Source: Flaccisagitta enflata
Lineage: Eukaryota
Direction: 5' to 3'
DNA: 64,000 bases
NCBI GenBank assembly: GCA_965153355.1
Contig: OZ231126.1
Location: forward strand, 21,700,001-21,764,000
A program made the translations under genes and the position numbers. Shown piece after piece: positions 52,402 through 64,000 of this stretch; position 1 is the first letter of the stretch, and each line of letters begins with the position of its first letter. Under the pieces are notes generated by a model. That model was not told the origin of the DNA and did not search any database. It saw nothing but the letters and a program-made list of their open reading frames with translations.

Positions 52402-53582
52402 AAAGTTAATGTGAACGCTAGATAAAAACGATTTCATGGGTGTCAATCATCATTGATTTGCCCAAGCTGTTAACTCCAAAACATCTTCATGTATACTACG
52501 CGAATTAAAAAAAAAGACGCACCTTTTTGTTTGATGATTTAAAAATTGTTAAAAAAATTTATTAGAGAAAGTGATTTTGAAGATTTCCAAATTATCTTTT
52601 ATTCTAGACCAATCCCAGCTCTGTATCTTTAACGGTTTAGGAGCTAGAGCTTTCTAAAGTGAGACACCATTTTGGTGAATTGCATCTTTTTCAAAGGAAC
52701 TGCAAAAACAAATTTGGCAACATTTTTACTTAAACTAATGCCATTTCTAAACGAAAAAAGATAGAGATACCAGATTTTGGTCATTTTAAGTCATTTTCAG
52801 TCATTCTAAGTCATTCTAAGTCATTCTAATTCATTCGAAGTCATTCTAAGTCTGAGAGTCTCGCACGCGACTTATAGGTGTTGGCCTTGTTTAAATTCGT
52901 ATTGTATGATCATTGTTTGAGAGCATAAAATGAAAACATTCAGCAAAAGCTTCAGGCTAACTCATGCTCAGTTTGTGTGCACGCAAGAATCTGTTTTGAT
53001 GACTTCAGAGGCGCCAAAGTTTCCGGTCAGCATCATCGCCTCTTGACCTGATTTGCATACAGACGTCGTTAAACTATTACTAAGACGACTTAGAGAAAGT
53101 GGAAGGAAGTTGGTTAAAAGTTGGGATGATTCAAGGACAGGATAAGCGTGAGCGAGATGCGTTGGAGGAAAGCGAATGTTACTATTTAAAATGCATTTCC
53201 CTCTTTAAAACAAGAAGGCGTTTTTAAAACGCTCTTCTCAGAAATTTCATGCGGTTGCAGGAAAATCAAGCGTTATTGGACAATAAGTGCAAGTTGTACT
53301 CAAAGTCTGCCTTAGGACGCATGTCGCATGAAGTCATTCAGACGTCAGTTTTTAGTCGCGGACACGCGATTCTATACCTTACCGTGTGGTCAGTCGGTAG
53401 GTCGGTAGGTCAGTAGGTCGGTCCCAAGTATTTTTGAATTTGTAGCGGTTTTTGCATGACGGCCCCTGCCCAACCGTCCGCGACTGTCTTGCCGTGTTTC
53501 CGGCAGGCGTATATATTCTTCTATCCTGCCGAGAAGCATATATTTTCCCCTGATATCACACACACACACACACGCACGCACG

Positions 53583-53624
<42 letters not shown>

Positions 53625-54348
53625 ACCTAAAATGGCGTGTCCGCGACTGGAGAGTGAAATTTGAGAAATGATGAAGGGACAAAAGCCACTGAAGTCAAGA
53701 TATCATTTGCATATTGCAGTTATATGATGACTGCTCCAATGAAATTTTGATGAATTGTCACCTAGTCAATTTGAGTAGAAACCATAACTTAAACTCAATT
53801 TTTGTTTTATATAACTTTCTGATTTATATAACTCTCTGGACGTTATAAAGTAATCAACATCTTTTTATGTTCCATGTAGCTCACCGTGAATCAGATTTAT
53901 ATGGATAGAAAAAGAACTGAAAAATCTGCACAAGGTTGAAATAGTGCACCTCTACCGTGTCATATCGGAACAGCTCATGCAGCTGTTGAAGGACCAACAG
54001 GTCTGGTGGCTGTGTTGGTAACACAGTGAGAGCTGAAAAATTGAATTTTGGAAGGTGCTCTGTGTGTTCTGGGACAGTATTTGATGATCAGACGATATTT
54101 CAGATAATTTCTAAGATTTTCGTGTGGCAACTTTGGTAACAATTAGTTGAAATCTGGTGAGTTTGATAATCTGGTAGAAAATATTGTTAACTCATGAGTA
54201 CATGTATATGTGAGGATCTTTTTGGAAATTTCTCAACCAACTGTCCGCTACAGTCCTACCGTGTATCTGGTCTTGTTTGTGCACAAAAGTGAGCGAGCTT
54301 ACTTTTGAGATCTTTCTCTCTTTCTTTCTTTCTTTTTTTCTTTCTTTG

Positions 54349-54434
<86 letters not shown>

Positions 54435-55757
54435 TTTTTCTTTCTTTCTTTCTTCCTTTCTTTCTTTCGTTCTTTCTTTTAGTTGTTTCTTTCATTTTTT
54501 TTCTCTTTTTTTTTCTCCCCATTATCTTCTTTCCTCTCTCTTCTCACTCCTCTCGTCTTCTTCATTTTCTTCCTCTTCTTCTTTCTTTTTTTTTTTTCTT
54601 CTTCTACTGTAATCTGCCGACAAGGCCTCTGTCCTGCCGAGTAGCGGCGCTACCCGCTACTCCAAAATCTACATGCCTGGTTTCCGGCCTTGTTAACTTA
54701 CTTGTATGTAAGGCTTGTTCAGGCTGATGACTATGCCTTGCTATCATAGAGGTCCTAACCATCGTAGTCTAGATATTGACCTCAGATCCTAAATCTAAGT
54801 CCTTGTGAATTTTCATATTTCTCTTTTATATGCGGCCGGTCCAAAGGTATGAGCTCTAGTTTGAACTAATCTGCTTGAATTTGTTCCTGAAAGATACCTT
54901 GGCATATGCACATAACTCTGTTGATCTCATTGACCACAATCTTTAACTTCTTAGGGGCCCCGAGGGGCCCCAAAAAGCCCTCAATGAAGATTTTTTTTTC
55001 AAAAAAAAAGTGGGGTTCATTTGATAGGAAATTGCTTGATTCGCTTAGATCCAAAATCTTGTATTTTCACTTTTTTCAAAAAAACTTGAAAATTTTTTGT
55101 GTCGGCCATATTTCAAAAGAAAGTTTAAAGATTCTCCTGGAATCTTTTTAGTTTGATATGGTTCAAACAAATGCTCATAACTTCTAAAGTGTTTGAGCCA
55201 GAACCTTGAAATTTGAAACGTGCATTATTGAAAGAGCTGAGCAGGTCCATGCAAAAGATTGAGCTACTGACTGACCTAGGAAAATTTTCTAGTCTAAGTC
55301 TACGTAGTCACTGCCCGGTTTTACACGGCTCAGCTCAGTCTGGCTTGTACTCGGCCTCCATTGTTATATCATGTTTTAAGCGACCGTTACTTCGCTTGAA
55401 GAGCAAGAAAAGTGATAAAAACAAGACCAAGTTATGGCCTACTTGTGCGACTCACATAGATGCATGAAAGAACAAGCATGAGAGGAAACGAATGAAATGG
55501 ATGAAAGACTGAATAGACAAGCGAATGTATGAAGGTAATAGGAAGGAAATCAAAGGCTGGAATCGTCCACTTTGCTTGGATTTAGCAAATGCACAACGGA
55601 CCAGCCAACTAACCAACCAACCAACAAACGAACATGCCCTCTTAAAGATGTGCGAGGACGCACATGAAAATTGTAAAACTAAGACAGGAAAAAGAAAAAA
55701 AATCCATGAAGGCCGTAAGTCCATTGTTTTAAGTTTTCCACTCATGGAGCTGCAAAA
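52402..55757. repeat. Tandem segmental duplication, copy 1
   Basis: Near-identical to 55899-59608. Confidence 0.92.
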
Positions 55758-55898
55758 CAGTATCAATAACATGATCACATTTGATCAGTGATTACAGATT
55801 TAACGCTTGTTTTTGCAAAAGTTAAAAAGTAGGAAAACCCGTTTTGTTTTGTTTTTGCAAAGAGTAGGCCAATTCGGAAGAAGCTCGATTAAACACTC

Positions 55899-59608
<3,710 letters not shown>

Positions 59609-59681
59609 AGAATCGAAGTTTAGAATGTGTTTTACTCATCATCTCATTGATGCTCCAAACCGCATATGCGGTATTTCTCAC

Positions 59682-60474
59682 TTTTTGGGCAGCGGCCCCA
59701 AAGGGGACGAAGTCCTGTAGAACACAGGGGGACTTTTGTTCATTCGTCCGTTTGTTCGTTCGTTCGTTCGTTTGTTTGTTTGTTTGTTTGTTTGTCCCCC
59801 CTCACCAGGCCCCTCAAACCTCAAATCTGGCCTCTGAGACATCAAATCTGGCCTCTCAGGCCTCAAATCCAGCCTCTCAGGCCTCAAATCCAGCCTCTCA
59901 GGCCTCAAATCCAGCCTCTCAGGCCTCAAATCTAACCTATCAGGCCTCAAATCTAACCTCTCAGGCATCAAACCTGGCCTCTCAGGCCTCAAATTAGGCT
60001 TCTCAGGCCTCAAATCCAAATTTTCAGGCCTCAAACCTGGCCTCTCAGGCCTCAAATTAAGCCTCTCAGGCCTCAAATTAGGCCTCTCAGGCCTCAAATC
60101 AGGCCTATCAGGCTTTAAATCAGATAACTAAGCCTCAATTTATAGCTCTTAGGCTTCAAATCAGTCGTCTGACCTTTCAAGCCTTAATCCAACTCTCTCA
60201 AGCATCAAGTCAGCCCTCTCAAGCTTCCGATTGGCATTCTGAGGCCTTACATCAGCCGTCTTAGGCCTCAGTTTAGGATCTTGAAGGCCATCAGTAAGCC
60301 CTCTATAGCATCTCATCCACTTCTTCAGGCAGGACGAACAAAAGTCCCCCTGTGTTCTACAGGACTTCATCCCCTTCGGGGCCGCTGCCCTGCTTCCCCT
60401 CACTCCAATTCACAATCACTAAAAGCAGGGCAACGGATATCGCTGACCACATATTGCCCTTGGGCGACCTGTTT
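59682..60474 (+). mobile_element. Family B element with 21-bp minisatellite
   Basis: GGGCAGCGGCCCC...GAAGTCCTGTAGAACAC head, its inverted copy at ~60345-60390, GCAGGGCAACGG...ATTGCCCTTGGGCGACCTGTTT tail. Confidence 0.8.
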
Positions 60475-60497
60475 GCTTTCTGGCCTTTGTCTTCTGC

Positions 60498-61195
60498 TTT
60501 TTGGGCAGCGGCCCCGAAGGAGAGGAAGTCCTGTAGAACACTGGGGGACTTTTGTTCGTCCATTTGTTCGTCCGTTTGTCTGCCGTTCATCCATCCGTTC
60601 GTCCCCCCTTCCCTCAGACCCCTCAGGCCTCAAATCAGACCTCTCAGGCCTCAAATCCGGCCTCTCAGGCCTCATATTAGACCTTTCAGGCCCTAAATCT
60701 GGCCTCCCAGGCCTAAAGTCTAGCCTTCTAGGCCTCAAATCTGGCCTCTTAGGCCTCAAAATTGGCCTCTCAGGCCTCTTATGTGGCCTCTCAGGCTTCA
60801 AATCTGGCCTCTCGGGCCTCTAATCTGGCCTCTCAGGCCTCAAATCCAGCCTCTTGTCTCTAACTAGGCCTCTCAAGCCTCAAATCAGCTATCTGATCCT
60901 CAAGTCGGTTCTGTATGGCCTTTCTAGCCTTGATCCAGCTCTTTCAAGCCTCAAGTCAGCCCATTCAAGCCCTCAACTGGCTTTCTGGCTTTACATCAGC
61001 CCTCTTAGACCTGAATTCAGCCCAAACGGATGGACGGATGGATGAACGAACGGACGAATGAAAGTCCCTCCGTGTTCTACAGGACTTTGTCCCCTTTGGG
61101 GCCGCTGCCCTGCTTTCCCTCACTCAAATTCACAATCATGCACAGCAGGGCAACGGGTATCGCTGACCACATATTGCCCTTGGGCGACCTGTTTT
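60498..61195 (+). mobile_element. Family B element, second head-to-tail copy
   Basis: Same head, array, subterminal inverted repeat and tail as the preceding copy. Confidence 0.8.
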
Positions 61196-61402
61196 CTCCT
61201 CTTTAACTGACTTTTTTTGCAATTTTAGTATTTTAGTATTGATGTCCTTATCATTAATTCTGTCTTCTACTCACACTCTTTTTCTCTGTGTATGTCTGAA
61301 TGTCTTTCTGGATGTCTAGATGTCTCTCTGTCTTCCTGCCTGTGAGTCTTTTTGTCTGTGTGTCTGTTTGTCTTGTGTCTGTCTTTCTATTGGCCTGTCT
61401 GT

Positions 61403-61536
<134 letters not shown>

Positions 61537-61606
61537 ATTGATATCTCTCTATATATTTTCTGTGTGTCTGTGTGTCTGTGTGTCTGTCTCTTCTGTCTGG
61601 CCTATC

Positions 61607-61690
<84 letters not shown>

Positions 61691-61758
61691 AGTGATCTTC
61701 TGTGATGCCTTTATTAATTGTCTGTGTGTCTGTGTGTTTGTGTCTTTCTTTAAACTGG

Positions 61759-61832
<74 letters not shown>

Positions 61833-61885
61833 TTTACATTGCCTCATGTGTTTTTAAGTAGATGCCGTTATTCTGTTTTATGGTA

Positions 61886-62394
61886 AGTAGATCTCGTCTA
61901 GACTTGAGATAATGAAATATTTTAGATTAACAAATGAAGCTTGATATTTCAGAATGATGCATGCTTATGATAGTTGGTTGTAAATTTCCATGTATTTAAG
62001 CTAAAGTATCAATATTTTGAGAAATTGCGAGGAGCATTGCTTATTAATTTTCTTTCCCATGTTATGTTCTGTAAGAATGTAACTCATTGCTGGGTTGCTA
62101 AGGTTGTCACACATGAATACGCTCCCTAGCAACGACCAAACGAGCGATATTCTTACAGAACATACTGTGGGAAAGTTTTAGCGAATCTAATTTTAAACAA
62201 TGTTCCCTCAAAAAAATTTTCAAAATATTGATATTTTAGCGTAAATACATGAAAATGCGTTTCCATGGCAACCAAGTATCATGGGGAATGAATCATTCCT
62301 TTATTAATTTTTATTCCAAATATCAACCCTCTAGTTTCATTTGTTTTTCCATAATGCTCGCCCCCGTTATCTCAAGTCTAGACGAGATCTACTG
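61886..62394. mobile_element. TA-targeting MITE (family 3)
   Basis: TIR (C)AGTAGATCTCGTCTAGACTTGAGATAA at both ends. Confidence 0.8.
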
Positions 62395-62507
62395 TACTCT
62401 TTGGATAGCTGCAAGATTCATCGAAATCATATCGATCCATACCACTGTGGAGCAACCCTAGAGCGCACCCGCTACTCGCCTATAAGGCATAAAAATTTTT
62501 TCAGTTA

Positions 62508-63288
62508 CAGTAGATCTTGTGAAGACTTGAGATAAGGGGGCAAGCATTATTGAAAAACACATGAAGCAAGGGAATTTATATTTGAAATCTAAACTTATAA
62601 AATTATGATTTGTTGCTCATAACGGTCAGTTGCCATGGAAGCACATTTTCAAGTATTCTCGATATGATATGAATATTTTGAGTGATCTTTTAAAGAACAT
62701 AGTCTAAAATCCAATTTGCTACAACTTTTTTTTCCGAAACTATATCCTGTAGTGATGTCATTTGCTTAGCCATTGCTAAGGGTTGTCACACATGGATACA
62801 TTCCCTAGCAACCGTCAAACAGGCAGTATTCTTACAGAACATATTGTGGAGAAATTGTAGCATATTTGATTTTAAGCAATGTTCCCTCAAACAAGGCCAG
62901 ATACACAGCTACCCCAGTTGCGTGCGGGTGGGCAGGGGCCATAATTGAGGTCACCAGATAATTTGGGCAGGAGCAGTGAAGCCAAAAATCCCAAAAACCC
63001 AAAAAAAGTAAAGTGTAACGGACGGACGGATGGACCGACAGACGGACCGACGGATGGACCAATGGACGGACGGACCAACGGACTGGCAAAGCGCGGTGTA
63101 GAGTCGCCGAGCACGCGACTAAAAATCTCTCAAAATATTATTATTTCAGCTGGAATACAATGAACTTGGTTTCCATGGGAATAAAATATTCTCTTATTAG
63201 TTTATATTTCAAATATCAACCTTTTGGCTTCAATTGTTTTTTTCATAATGCTTGCCCCCATTATCTCAAGTCTAGACGAGATCTGCGG
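62508..63288. mobile_element. Family 3-related MITE with a nested family A element
   Basis: TA-CAGTAGATCTTGTGAAGACTTGAGATAA ... TTATCTCAAGTCTAGACGAGATCTGCGG-TA. Confidence 0.8.
62889..63125 (-). mobile_element. Helentron/DINE-like element (family A) inserted in an A/T run
   Basis: Absent from the homologous site TGTTCCCTCAAAAAAATTTTCAAAATATT at ~62201-62229. Confidence 0.85.
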
Positions 63289-64000
63289 TATATGAACTCA
63301 TTTCTAAATTTATTTGTGTTTCGAGCCTGTAGGGTTGTTCGCATTCTGTGGCTTACCTTGATATCATCTAGATGTTTCATGTACCTTAATGAATTTCCCC
63401 CTATTTATTCGGATGACGTTAGGTCGGTCTGTCCGTCACTGCGTCTCATTCTGATGTCGATTGCTTTATTTGAAAAGATCTCTTCGGTCGTGGGCTCGCG
63501 ACTCCATGAGAGGCTTTGTCCATCCACTGGTCCGTCCACTGGTCCGTCCATTGGTCTGTCATAATCAAGTTTGAAAGTAGGTGTGTTTAGTATTTATGTG
63601 TGAGTGTAAAGAGGGGGAACTATACGTTGACCTCGCGTCCGCGACGATATTGTAACCCCGCGTTACTAGTTTTGAGGATAGTGGATAGAATTTTGTGTTG
63701 GCGTGGAAACACTGCCCATTTTTTACATGATGTTGGTACTTTGTAGCTCAATTTTCAGATACGTCACATTAAGAAACGTAAGCAGTTCAGATACATTAGA
63801 ATAAGGAATGTAATTATTCCATCCTCATTTAGTTATTAGGGCGTGTAAATAGTTTGAATTCATCCGTGCTAGTTTGCAGCCTTTTTGTTATGTTCTCGAG
63901 GCCAATGGTGAGATATTCGGGCCGTAGGACATGACTCTTGGCCAGTTCCAATGCGCTGCCATGGAGCCAGTATGGCGATACATCGGACAATTTCAAAAAC

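Noticed and set aside
52920-54250. Protein-like short frames inside the duplicated unit
   Set aside because: Interrupted by stops, no recognisable motif or consistent splice structure.

Overview
Repeat-rich invertebrate animal genomic DNA; the species cannot be determined from the sequence. Most of the ORF track is noise from microsatellites such as (AG)n, (AC)n, (GTT)n, (TCTG)n and (TTCA)n. Real coding content: (1) a four-exon gene missed by the ORF track (29579-30994, +) encoding a 187-aa secreted protein with 14 mature cysteines arranged as two exon-encoded 6-Cys modules, not assignable to a family I recognise; (2) an intronless ~15-finger C2H2 gene (13765-11665, -) split inside finger 6 by a 758-bp TA-targeting MITE whose ends carry splice sites that could restore the frame; (3) an intronless 17-finger C2H2 gene (48913-50673, +) with one in-frame TGA at a conserved Leu; (4) a 5'-truncated Penelope-like retroelement (RT C-terminus + GIY-YIG) with a minimal hammerhead ribozyme and an 83-bp inverted terminal copy; (5) a decayed transposase-like frame near 1-2 kb. 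The remainder is non-autonomous transposons (Tc1/mariner/pogo-type TA MITEs, Transib-like, Chapaev-like, hAT-like, two Helentron/DINE-like families carrying micro- and minisatellites), a dimeric 140-bp satellite, a palindrome-cored repeat array with an internal inversion and a ~3.5-kb tandem duplication. All calls are from reading the sequence; no database search was run, and boundaries of degenerate repeats are approximate.
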